DNA from: Octopus sinensis
Lineage: Eukaryota
NCBI RefSeq assembly: GCF_006345805.1
Contig: NC_043005.1
Span: forward strand, 58,776,001-58,840,000
Direction: 5' to 3'
DNA length: 64,000 bases
This document shows positions 52,481-64,000 of this stretch, in pieces; the first letter of the stretch is position 1, and every line of letters starts with the position of its first letter. Under the pieces are notes generated by a model. It was not told the DNA's origin. It was given only the letters and a program-made list of their open reading frames with translations, and did no database searches. A program made the translations under genes and the position numbers.

Positions 52481-52595
52481 CTGAACCTTAAAGAAGAGAT
52501 GACAGGGAAACAGAAGGATTGACTATTTGCCATGCTTGAGAAAACCCATCTATCTCAGCAACAAAATAAGGTCCTAAAAGCAAATTAGATGTTAA

Positions 52596-52660
<65 letters not shown>

Positions 52661-52662
52661 TA

Positions 52663-52697
<35 letters not shown>

Positions 52698-52789
52698 GTT
52701 GTTGTTGTTGTTGTCGTAATCGAGAAATAAAAATATAAAAAAAAACAAAATATAAGACGTGAGTTAAAAGACGACAGAATTATTATGAT

Positions 52790-53010
52790 GGCAATGGTGT
52801 TGAGCTGGGAGAATTGTTAGTATGCTGGGCAAAATGCTTACCAGCATTTTGTCTGTCCTTACATTCTGAGTTCAAATTCTGCCAAGGTTGACTTTGCTTT
52901 TCGTCTTTTTGGGGTCATTGGAATAAGTACCAGTTACACACTGAGGTCGATATAATTAACTAGTTCCCTCCCCACAAAAATTCAGGCCTTGTGCCTGCAT
53001 TAGAAAGGAT
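52790..53010 (+). mobile_element. Family-A SINE (another decayed copy at ~53277-53465)
   Basis: gagctgggagaattgttagtatgctgggcaaaatgc..gagttcaaattctgcc..aaattcaggccttgtgcc. Confidence 0.8.
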
Positions 53011-53062
53011 TATTATTAAGGTGCAAGAAATATTATTAAGGTGGAAGAATTATTATTATTAA

Positions 53063-53272
53063 CCCTTTTGATACCAACCCGGCTGAAACTGGCTCTGGCT
53101 CTGTAGTACAAATGTCTTATTTTCATAAGTTTTGAATTAAAATCTTCCACCAAATGTTAGTCAAAATTTATGTTCCTAACACTAGCAGAATGATAAATAA
53201 AGTAAATTTACTAAATGTAAAGTAATTGAAAGAAACACAGAACATCTCAAAATAAATACAGTAACAAAAGGG
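53063..53272. mobile_element. piggyBac-like MITE with TTAA target duplication
   Basis: ttaa-cccttttg ... caaaaggg-ttaa; same family as 59882-60401. Confidence 0.85.
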
Positions 53273-53847
53273 TTAAGCTGGAAAAATTGTTAACTTGCTA
53301 GAAAAGGTGCTTAGCAGCATTTTATCCAGCTTTACATTCAAATTCTGCTGAGGTCGACTTTGCCTTTCATCCTTTCAGGTCAATAAAGTACCATTTGAGA
53401 ACTAGGGTTGATATACTAGACAAGATGTGTCCCCAAAAATTTCAAACCCTGGGCCTATATTAGAATTATTATTATTATGATGATGATGATGACGATGATG
53501 ATAATGATACACACACACACACACACACATATCTATATAAATATATATGCCTGTATACTTCGCTGTCGCATTCCACCTCCTACCTTGTCCTCCAAACTTC
53601 TTAATTACTATAAATCTTCATCAAGGTATTTTCTCTTATGATACGTCCAAACTGAACAAATTCTTTTTTCTGACCAACACTGATCATAGAATCATCAAAT
53701 TGTCGGCTTTTGAGTATTTTTGAATGTTGTGATTCATGTATTTACCTGATGAAAGCCGTTTTTTTCTAATAATGTAGTGTCTCCATTAATCAATCAAAAA
53801 CTCATTGGAAGCAGCTGTAGTGGATTAGCATATTATCCATCTGTTGT

Positions 53848-53903
<56 letters not shown>

Positions 53904-53995
53904 CACAATAAGGGTGAAAAAATTGAATATTAATTATTAACATCAATTTAAAACACCAAGCGGCCTAGTGTATAATGATTGGGATACAGTAAAAA

Positions 53996-54318
53996 TTATT
54001 AACACAAGTAATGAGAGAGAGTCCACATGTGGTCACTCTAATGCTAGATATAGATGCACGAAGGGAATCCACCACTAAAGAATTGTTCTCAAGAATTAAT
54101 TCAACGCGCCAAGAATGTAAGCAAGCAGGACAAATGAAAAATAACGAAAAAAATAGAATCTATTTTTTTGTTATTTTTCATTTGTCCTGCTCGCTTACAT
54201 TCTTGGCGTGTTGAATTAATTCTTGAGAACAATTCTTTAGTGGTGGATTCCCTTTGTGCATCTATATCTAGCATTAGAGTGACCACATGTGGACTCTCTC
54301 TCCTTACTTGTATTAATA
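53996..54318. repeat. ~320-bp near-perfect palindrome with 1-nt spacer
   Basis: Arms of ~160 bp centred on aaaaaaataga-a-tctattttttt (54158); about five substitutions and one indel. Confidence 0.95.
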
Positions 54319-54350
54319 TATATATGTATATATATATGTATATATATGCA

Positions 54351-54413
<63 letters not shown>

Positions 54414-54475
54414 ATATACATACGCACACACATATATGTATATATATATTTTTTGTATGATATTTTATATGAAAT

Positions 54476-54531
54476 TTTTTATAATGACAATACAAATAAA
54501 TTATAATTTATTTGTATTGTCATTATAAAAA
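54476..54531. repeat. Perfect 56-bp spacerless palindrome
   Basis: tttttataatgacaatacaaataaattataatttatttgtattgtcattataaaaa equals its own reverse complement. Confidence 0.95.
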
Positions 54532-54737
54532 GTTTCAACATCTCCATATCATACAAATAAACTATTCATACATCCATCTTTCTTCATTTTCTTTTTTTCA
54601 ACATTAATAAAATGTATTACTATAATAATCCCTAACATATCGTCAAGACATTCTCATTATACGACAATGATTAACCAGTGGAATTTATTTGGATTATATA
54701 ATCCCTAATGTGGATTTATCATCCTTGAATTGACCAT

Positions 54738-55107
54738 ATATATATATAAAATCCGTTCTGTCTGACTGTGTGTGTGTATTCTAGGATCTCGGGCATCCTC
54801 CATCTGATTGCGCTCAAATTCGATATGTAGATACCAACAGTATCAGGGTGTGTATAAATCTTGAAAAAATTACAAAAATCAATTCCAAGTGATAATACGA
54901 TCGATAAAGTGAATAAAATCGTTTTTCTTTGGAATAGAAAAAAAGTCTATCTTTATTTCTTCTTTTGCTGGTGTCTCAAATTTAGGTTAAATCAGTGTTT
55001 CGCAAAGGGGAGGCCTATGGGACGGTCGGACAAGTTGTTTTGAGAAAATTTGGTTTAAATGTTTGACAACTCAGCACCGTCCAATGATGGGGGGCCATTT
55101 GCTCGTA
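54738..55107 (+). mobile_element. Probable non-autonomous Helitron-like element
   Basis: Starts tatatataaaatccgttctgtctg..ctaggatctcgggc and ends with a GC-rich segment followed by CTCGT (CTAG-like). Confidence 0.5.
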
Positions 55108-55113
55108 TATATA

Positions 55114-55157
<44 letters not shown>

Positions 55158-55686
55158 GTATGTATATATATATATATATTATATATATATATATTATATT
55201 ATATATATATGTTGAAAAATATATAAAGAAGTAAACTGTACAAAAATTTTATATTGGACAAAATGTAGAAGTATATGCTTAAAAAACAAAATATTTATAT
55301 AGTTGACCCATTTCACTTGTGCCAATGACTAAAAAGGTAGTAATAAGGTTATAATTTCATGCTATCATAAGATGTTTTCATTCCATGTTACTTGGGGGAA
55401 TGATTTTTACAAAATATCCTTCCTCCTACTAACTTATATATGAGTGTGTGTATTTATATCCAACAATTATATATATATTTTGTTCACCATCTTCCGGTTC
55501 ATTTTATTTTCCTTCTTATATTTTTCACTACAATTCAACACATGGAAACGTTTGATTTTATTATAATTTTCACTATATATATGAATTGAATTGAACTTGT
55601 TTTAGCTCATGAGCTGCAGCCCATCTGGAGGACTACCACTATGTATGTATGTATGTATGTATGTATGTATGCATGCATGTGCATAG

Positions 55687-55744
<58 letters not shown>

Positions 55745-55933
55745 ATACACATATGTATATATATGATATATATATGTGCATATATACACATTTACATCAA
55801 CATATGTACGTATGTATGGATGGCTGTATCTATGCATGTATTTGTATCTATCACGCTATCTATTTATCTATCTATACATTTATAATATACATGTATACAT
55901 ACATACACAAACACAGAAACATTCACATATATA

Positions 55934-56425
55934 CAGGGTTTTCAAAAAGTCTCTCTGCAGTGAATTCTTTTCATCCTGCACATGCACAACTTTTTTGTTG
56001 AATGTTGAATGTATTTGGAAACAAATACACAGATACTGTGCAACAGAAGTTCATTGAAACTTTTCCGAATATTGTTGTTCCACATCACGACATTGTGCGG
56101 GATTTGATAAGAAAATTTAGAAACACAGACTCAGTGGAAGACACAGCAAGAAGTGGTAGGCCAACTGTTCTTTCAGATGAAACACTCTCAAATATTTCTG
56201 ATAAACTGTTGGCAAGCCTGTCAAAGTCCTTACAAAAACTGTCACATAAAACAGAAATCAGCCTAGGAAGTGCTCACACAGCAGTAAAAAAGAAATTAAA
56301 TTTCAAAACCTCTTATAAAGTTTTTTAAAGTCTTCTAAAGTCTAAAGTATTCTTTTGTAGTCTGAAACCATTTTATATTTATTTTGCAATAAAATATTTA
56401 CTGCGGAGAGACATTTTGAACACCC

Positions 56426-56427
<2 letters not shown>
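55934..56427 (+). mobile_element. Internally deleted Tc1/mariner-family element with transposase N-terminal HTH
   Basis: TIRs cagggttttcaaaaagtctc / gagacattttgaacaccctg; ORF 56002-56328 VRDLIRKFRNTDSVEDTARSGRPT. Confidence 0.85.
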
Positions 56428-56482
<55 letters not shown>

Positions 56483-57021
56483 GTGTGAGCTTATGTGTAT
56501 CTGTGTGTATATATATTTAGTTTTGTTCTCTTTGTGATTATTTATTTAAAATTAAAATCAGATTTTCATTTAATGACAGAACTAAATCCAATTAATCAAA
56601 GGCATATAATGAGATAAAAAAGATAATTCAAGTAGACCAATAGTGTGAATTTAGGTAGATCAGTTAAGGAAGTAATGTGCAGAATGATGATTGCAAAGAA
56701 CTCTAAATTAATATTATTTTTCCTTTAACTTCAAGAAAGAAAACAAAAGATCTTAGCAATAAATCTTAGCATCTTTGAAAGTAAAGTGGTGTTAATTCCA
56801 AAATGTTGAAAATTAATTTCACAGAATCTATTCAAATGCTTTGAGGAAAATCTCATCTTCGTTTGCAGGTAAAGAGTGGGGTTACAACTAGATACATGTT
56901 TTGGCATTATTGGGCCTCATCAGCATGGCATAGTCAAACACAAACCTGTTTGGTCAGTCCAAAAGTATTTTCACTCTTTCATTTTGCATTCATCTTTCCA
57001 TGTTATTATATTTGTTTCTTT

Positions 57022-57241
57022 ATAACCCACAAGGGGCTAAACATAGAGGGGACAAACAAGGACAGACAAACGGATTAAGTCGATTACATCGACCCCAGTG
57101 CGTAACTGGTACTTAATTTATCGATCCTGAAAGGATGAAAGGCAAAGTCGACCTCGGCGGAATTTGAACTCAGAAATACAGACGAAATACAGCTATGCAT
57201 TTCGCCCGGTGTGCTAACAGTTCTGCCAGCTTGCCGCCTTT
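57022..57241 (-). mobile_element. Family-A SINE
   Basis: acccacaaggggctaaac..aggcaaagtcgacctcggcggaatttgaactcag..ctgccagcttgccgcc. Confidence 0.9.
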
Positions 57242-58279
57242 AATGTGTTACCAGATGGTTTCTTGACAAATAAATGTGACAACGTTGTCTGTAGCTCAGC
57301 AGTTCTTCACATAGTTGCAGAATATACACATTCACACAAACATACTCATATCTGCATACACACACATACACAACAGTGACCTATAACAATTTGCATATGT
57401 AAAAATAAAAATGCAAAATATTGACCAAAACTCTGTAAATATTTTTCTAGATGATAATGATGATGGTGATGATGATGATAATAATCACCACCACCACCAC
57501 CACCACCATCATCATCAGCAACTGTATTTCCCATGCTGGCATAGGTTGATAGGATTTTTATAGTCTGATTTTTATTTCTTGTTGGGATCTGCTGTTCTCA
57601 TAAACTAGTACTTCTGCATGTCTTTTGGTTTGGTTTCTACAGTTGGATGGTTTTCCTGTCACCAATCATCCTACAGAGTGTACTGGGTGCATTTTCTTAT
57701 GACGTCAACACTAGCTAGGTTAAATAGTCTTCACTGTGACAGGACTAAAGCGTCCTCACAACACTACTCTTTCATCTGTTCATTTCTCTGTACACTTTCT
57801 CTGTTCATCAGCAAACTATCTTAAAATTGATATTAAGGACATTTTTCATATCACCAGCATCAGAGATGTTGCCTTTCTCACTAATCACTACTCCTGAGAA
57901 TGGAGTAGAATTCTTAGGTTGGGTTATCATTATTATCAACATTTTGTGACCACTTCTTATGCTGGCATGAAATAGATGGGCTATCATGGCCAAAGTAGTT
58001 TTTAATTTTGTGTAGCTACTCTCATAAACTAGTGCTCATATATGTCATCTGGCTGGATGCTCTTCCGATTTCCAACCACTTTACAGAGTGTGCTGGATGC
58101 ATCTTCTTATGACACAAACACTAGAGTACTCTGTAATCTAAGGCATGTAAACTGAGGAGGAGAATAGAAGATGAAACAATGACAGAAGAATGGCCCGAAA
58201 TAGAGTTTTGAGGTTAACAGTGGTGTGAGTTTCGAGAGTGTGCATTAGCATAGGGCTTGTACGTTTACTCCTCCTCTTT

Positions 58280-58466
58280 CTCTTTCTTTCCTGTTTCCTT
58301 TGTACTCTTTACTTGTTTCAGTTAATTGACTGCGGCCATGCTGAAGCACTGCTTGAAGGGTTTTAGATGAACAAATTGACCCCATGATCTATTATTTTTT
58401 TAAAGACTGCTACTTATTCTAATGGTCTCTTTTGCTGGACCACTTAGCTATTGGGGGACAAACACA

Positions 58467-58503
<37 letters not shown>

Positions 58504-58810
58504 GCGCGCGCACATACATATGATGGGCTTCTTTCAGTTTCTGTCCTCCATATCCTCTCACAATGCCTTGTCAAGTGATGTTGGCGAGACAAACACAGAT
58601 ACACAAACATACACACACACACACCCATAAATATAATATATATATATACACATATATACGACGGGCTTCTTTCAGTTTCCGTCTACCAAATCCACTCACA
58701 AGGCTTTGGTCAACCTGAGGCTACAGTAGAAGACACTTGCCCAAGGTGTCACACAGTGGGACTGAACCCAGAACCATGTGGTTTGGAAGCAAGTTTCTTA
58801 CCACAGCCAC
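58280..58810 (-). mobile_element. Family-B SINE with internal duplication
   Basis: tactctttacttgtttcag..; gggcttctttcagtttc occurs twice (58525, 58663); cagtgggactgaaccc..cttaccacagcc. Confidence 0.85.
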
Positions 58811-59881
58811 ACCTTCGCTTTGTAGATCACTTTCCTAATCTTAAAATCTCAGTGAGTAACCAAGTATGCTGAAGCTTTGCGATGCTCTCTCAGCAAGTTC
58901 CAGAATGAATAAATCTTGTCTCTAGCTGTCATTTTCCATGCAAATGAAGGTCAGATTTTCCTCTAAATTTGGAAATTAATTTTATGCAATCAATTCTCCA
59001 ATTTCTGTGAATTATCTTCCCTTTTTCAGTTTCAGAGTCACTAATGATTACTACTTGATTTATTTTGTTTTGCTTTTTTTGTTTTCTTTCTCTAACTAAA
59101 TGGAAGATTTCAATAGAAATTTCTTTTGATTCCTTTCCTTTACATTTCTTTTAGTTCTTTTTGTCTGTGTCATTCAGTCAATTGCTGCTTACCTTATTTA
59201 ATCTCCATAGTACACCATGGATTAGGAAATAGTGTCAACAGAAGACTCTAAAAATTTTTCTACACAAAAATAATCTCTTACATGTGACACCTTAAAGTAC
59301 AAAACAAAAAATGATAAAAAAATAAGATAATACTAAAAAAAAAAAAAAATTTATTGTGATTGTGTGAGATGTCGTGAAGAAATGATTTATAACCAAATTA
59401 AGCTTGTATAGTAGTTAGATACTGTTATTTAGTTATTTATAATTATTCTTTTGTTTGTTTATACCATTGTGAGATAAATAATGTTGAAGCATGAAGAAAG
59501 AGTTTCTCTGAGTAGTAGTGGGAGGAGGGGTAACCCTTCTTAATACAGAAAAGTGCATTTGTGTAAAAGTTGCATTTAAGCGTTAAGTAGTGACAACTTC
59601 TGAAAGATTATGGTATTTTTTGGTTTCTAAGGAAACGAACATGAATAGCACCCAAACATTCACACACACAAATTTTTATAATACGTGGGTGTATGTGAGC
59701 ATGCACGCACATGTGTTTGTGAGTGAGTGTGTGTGTGTGTGTGGTGTGTGTGTGTGTGTGTGTGGCTGTATGTGTGAGTGCGTGTTTGCATGCACAAGGA
59801 TGTTGAGTATATATATGTGTGGTTATAGGTTTTATTCTAACAGCTTATAAAATTATGAAGTAAAAAGAGAGACCTTCTTAA

Positions 59882-60401
59882 CTCTTTTGTTACCAACTCA
59901 GCTGAAACCAGCTCTTGTTCTGTGTACAAATGCCTTGTTTTCATAAGTTTTGAATTAAAATCTTCCACCAAACTTTAGTCACAATTTATGTCCCTAACAC
60001 TAGCTTAATGATAACGATGTTATTTTACTTAATTTTTTGTTATATATTTATATATAAAAGTGAAGTTGTGTGTCTGTCTCCTACGATTTAGATTCCTAAC
60101 TACTCCCACATTTTGCGGTGCAGTTTAACCAAAAGCTGGTATCTTATAGTCGTGATTCATATCGAGCCCTTCTGGGTATTAGCGCGTGTCTACGATGAGT
60201 CTACGATTTAAAAAAAAATTTACCATCCTTTTTTCCCATTTTTAATGCATTTTTTTTGCTATTATATAAGGGAAGTAACTTTCTAAAGATGTTTATATAG
60301 TTATTTCCCTTACAAACCCGAGCAACGCCGGGCGATACTGCTAGTTTAAAATAATTGGAAGAAACACAGAGCATCTCAAAATAAATACAGTAACGAAAGG
60401 G
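59882..60401. mobile_element. piggyBac-like MITE interrupted by a Helitron (60046-60344)
   Basis: TTAA at 59878-59881 and 60402-60405; the flanks match the uninterrupted copy at 53063-53272; the insert matches 40537-40917 and ends in hairpin plus CTAG|T. Confidence 0.9.
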
Positions 60402-60811
60402 TTAAACTTAAATGTGAATGTTTTAACTTACTATGAATATTATTAGGAAGAGAAACTGCAAAAATTAGGTATTATAAAATTAATATTGAGCTATTTTAGT
60501 GTAATATTTGTTCCAAAAATACAAGTTTCATTTTCGAAAATATATTTTTTATGATAAAGATGTAAACATTCAAAGGTATTATTAAAATGAAAATTTAGCT
60601 TGTATTTAAATACGATATTTACGACATTTGTATTTTAATTAAACTTTCAATTTAAGCTAATTAAAAATAAAACATACTTTAACGAAAATTGTTTGTGTTA
60701 CTAGGGGTAAAGAACAAACAATATATTTATTAGAGAAAAATAAATGACCACATGAAATCTCATTTATTTTTTAGATGAAATGAAGGACCAAGTGAAACAT
60801 GTCTCTTACTG

Positions 60812-61235
60812 ATAGGTGTAGGCTTAGCTGTGTGGTTAAGAAACCTGCTTTACAAATATGTGATTTCAGGTTCAGTCCCATTGTGCAGTTGACCAAAACC
60901 TTATGAGTCAATTTAACGCTAAGACTGACCTTGCCTGTGCTGGTGCCACGTAAAAAGCACTCAGCCCACTCTACAGGTTGGTTGGTGTTAGGAAGGGCAT
61001 CCAGCTGTAAAAACCATGTCAAAAGTGACCTCACTGGTGCTAGTGCCAGATAAAAAGCATTTGGCCCACTCTACAAAGGGATTGGGTTTAAAGAAGGGCA
61101 TTCAGCCATAAAAACTATGCTGAAATAGACACAGAATGTATGGTGCAAGCCCCTGCCTGGCCAGCTCCCGTCAAACTGTCCACCCCATGTCAGTATGGAA
61201 GATGGATGCTAAATGATGATGATGATGATGATGAT
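60812..61235 (+). mobile_element. SINE with tRNA-like head and RTE-like 3' tail
   Basis: ggcttagctgtgtggttaag..ggttcagtcccattg head, then gtgttaggaagggcatccagctgtaaaaac and a (GAT)n tail as in the RTE 3' end at 12680-12755. Confidence 0.75.
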
Positions 61236-61380
61236 CCATGTTCCTTGATGATACAGTATTATATATAGCAGTTTGTCAAAAGAGACTGATAGAATAAGTA
61301 CCAGACTTTAAAAATCAATACTAGGATCAATTTATTCATCTGAACCTTTTTTCTTTCCCCATGAACACCTTTCATTACTG

Positions 61381-62931
61381 TTAGGTTGTCCAGAAAATTC
61401 TGAGCATTTTTTAATATGCAAAAAGGGATATAAATATTTGATCTTTCAATCAATTTTATTCAATGAAATAATTTCCATTATTATTAATGACCTTTGCCCA
61501 TCTATCAGGCAATTTAAATATTCAGTTCTATATTTAAGAGATGAGGAATTATGTGCATTATTTACATTATTTACATTATTTACATTCAACGGATATTTGT
61601 CCTCATCTTGTTTGTTGTTAACATGTTTTGGCTGATATACTCTCCAGCCTTCTTTAGGTGTCTTGGGGAAATTCGGAACCTGGGTTCTCATTCCTAAGTT
61701 ATTTTACAATGTTATTATTATTATTGTTCAGGTCACTGCTTGGAAGCAAACTTGGAATCTTGGGGTTAGTAGCCTGCACTCTTAACCACTACGCCATATG
61801 CCCATATGTAAACAATGCAATTTAAATATTCCATCAGTATAAAACTTGACTGGTTTAGAGAAGAAAAAGTTATCTAGATGCTAAAATCGTTAAATTTTTT
61901 TCCTTCCAATGAGTTCTGTAGAAACAAAAACAAGTGGTAGTCAGATGGTGCAATATCAGGAGAATATGGTAGATGGGATAAGAGATCCCAGTCAAGTTCA
62001 TGTAACTTTGTTTGAGTAGCCAAAGACATATGTGGCTGGAAATTGTCTTGTTGGAACACTATACCTTTCCTGCTGACAATCTCCAGTGTTAGTTCTTTGA
62101 TTTTTTGGTTCAAATTAGCCAGTTGATGACAGAACACATCAGAATGGTCTGATTTTGTGGGAGAAGCCCATAATAAATAATACCTTTATGATCTCACCAA
62201 ATGCAAAGCATGGATATTCGTCTTTGGTTGCTGTTTTGGGGGATCCTTCATAAACTCCAGGATCTTTTTTGCCCTGCGTTTTTGTACACAATCCATTTTG
62301 TATCTCCAATCACAAGTTGCTTTAAAAAAGTTTGCTTTCATTGCATTTCAAAAGTATATCACAAACAGAATACTGGTCTGAGCAATTCTTTTCTAAGAGT
62401 TTGTGAGGGATCCATACATTATAGCAGAAATGCATCCTAGCTTCACTAAGTGCTCATGAGCCATACTTTTTGAAACTTCTAACTCCTCTGCAAGTTCTCT
62501 GGTCATGATATTTGAGTTCTCTTCGATTTTTCCTTCATCTAATTTTGAATGTCTTCCACTGTAACTGCCATCTCCCAAATTAAACTCTCCAGCTTTAGAT
62601 TTTGCAAACCACCTTCAAACAGTTGATTCACCTACCACATCATCACCATAAACTTCCCAAATATTTTTGCAAGTCTTTGTGCAGAATTTTCTCCCATTTT
62701 GAAAAAGAAAAGCATTATAACGTGAATATGAAATTTTTGGTTATCCCTTTCAAATGTCAATAAAGGGTAACCAGAATGAGAAGATATATCTACTTTTAGT
62801 CAAGAACAAAGAAGAGATGCACTACCTCTTCAAGCAATGCCAAAGTTTTGACTGTGTTATGTTACAGGTGTGTTCAATGAAGCATTAAAAGATTTAGCTT
62901 AAAAATACTCAGAACTTTCTGGACAACCTAA
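61381..62931 (-). mobile_element. Decayed mariner with a nested repeat (~61545-61810)
   Basis: TIRs ttaggttgtccagaaaattctgagcattttt / aaaaatactcagaactttctggacaacctaa; minus ORFs FQQDNFQPH..HLPYSPDIAPSDYHLF and YSGRHSKLDE..IMTRELAEELEVSKS. Confidence 0.92.
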
Positions 62932-63084
62932 TATTTTATTCTGGTGGACCTCCAGAGCCATTTGATGCTTAGAAACTAATTTTATTGATACGTCTTTCAA
63001 AATTCGTATTTTGTTTTTTACACATTCTCCCATTTAGGTTTGCAATAGAATTCTGTGAGAGAACATGTTTTAGTGGATGGAAAC

Positions 63085-63217
63085 ATACTCTTTACTCTTT
63101 TTAATCTTTTACTTGTTTCAGTCATTTGACTGTGGCCATGCTGGAGCACCGCCTTTAGTTGAGCAAATCAGTTGTCAAGCGATGTTGGCGGGGACAAACA
63201 CAGACTCACAAACATAT

Positions 63218-63248
<31 letters not shown>

Positions 63249-63405
63249 CATATATATAACGGGCTTCTTTTCAGTTTCTGTCTACCAAATCTACTCACAA
63301 GGCTTTGGTCAGCCTGAGGCTATAGTAGAAGACACTTGCCCAAGGTGCCATGCAGTGGGACTGAACCCAGAACTATGTGGTTCATAAGCAAGCTACTTAC
63401 CACAC
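63085..63405 (-). mobile_element. Family-B SINE with internal deletion
   Basis: tactctttactc..ttacttgtttcagtcatttgactgtggcc..cagtgggactgaaccc..gctacttaccacac. Confidence 0.85.
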
Positions 63406-63861
63406 TCTGAGTGAACAATGCATCACTCATTCCAGGAATCGAAGCCACAATCTTATAATCATGGGTCCAACACCCTAAGCACTAAACCACATGCCTCCAC
63501 TGCTTCTATGTACCCACCCCCCAATCTTATATGGATAAATAATTCAGCCATACCCACACATGTGCTTGCACACACAAGCACACACATATGCATATATGTA
63601 AATATCAGATATATATTATTATGGACATTTGGACATATTTGAGATGTGTAAATTTCCATAAAACTGAACAGAATGTCGGTGGTTGATTGTGAGATAAGAA
63701 ACTTATGTAAGTATATGATTTATGATAGAATTTGACATGATGCCACCAACAAGACCTCTAACAGAAATCTTTTGCTTCATCTCTGTGTATGCATATGTGT
63801 ATGTGTGTGTCTGTGTGTGTGTGCATATGTGCATGTGTGTGTATGTAAATACACACACACA

Positions 63862-63864
<3 letters not shown>

Positions 63865-63923
<59 letters not shown>

Positions 63924-63949
63924 ACTATCTATGTATCTATCTATTTATC

Positions 63950-63980
<31 letters not shown>

Positions 63981-64000
63981 CCATTTATCTATCGATATAT
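63865..64000. repeat. (TATC)n microsatellite
   Basis: Directly visible. Confidence 0.95.

Noticed and set aside
53746-53790. CUGAUGA followed by aagccg
   Set aside because: No closing stem II or GAAA follows; at most half a motif.

Overview
This is AT-rich, repeat-saturated eukaryotic DNA, either a giant intron or intergenic. The tRNA-derived SINEs and RTE and R4/Dong-like LINEs look, from memory, like octopus (coleoid cephalopod) families; that assignment is an inference. No host protein-coding gene is recognisable, and nearly all of the ORF track is microsatellite artefact. The real coding remnants are all transposable-element-derived: a young 5'-truncated Tx1/L1-type LINE with an open RT C-terminus (35040-37016), two R4/Dong-like fragments, two RTE fragments, several mariner/Tc1 relics, and Penelope-like and possible gypsy remnants. 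Non-autonomous Helitrons, MITEs and many SINEs fill much of the rest. The most interesting signal is self-cleaving RNA. Two structurally complete minimal type I hammerhead ribozymes lie on the minus strand (26488-26560 and 41042-41084). The first sits inside a 404-bp, 1.4-copy head-to-tail unit that resembles a retrozyme or mini-Penelope circle. The second heads a 3.7-kb G-poor tandem array nested inside a split SINE. Five degenerate hammerhead-like motifs and several long inverted repeats (potential dsRNA/ADAR substrates) are also present. All coordinates were read by eye and are approximate unless a motif is quoted.
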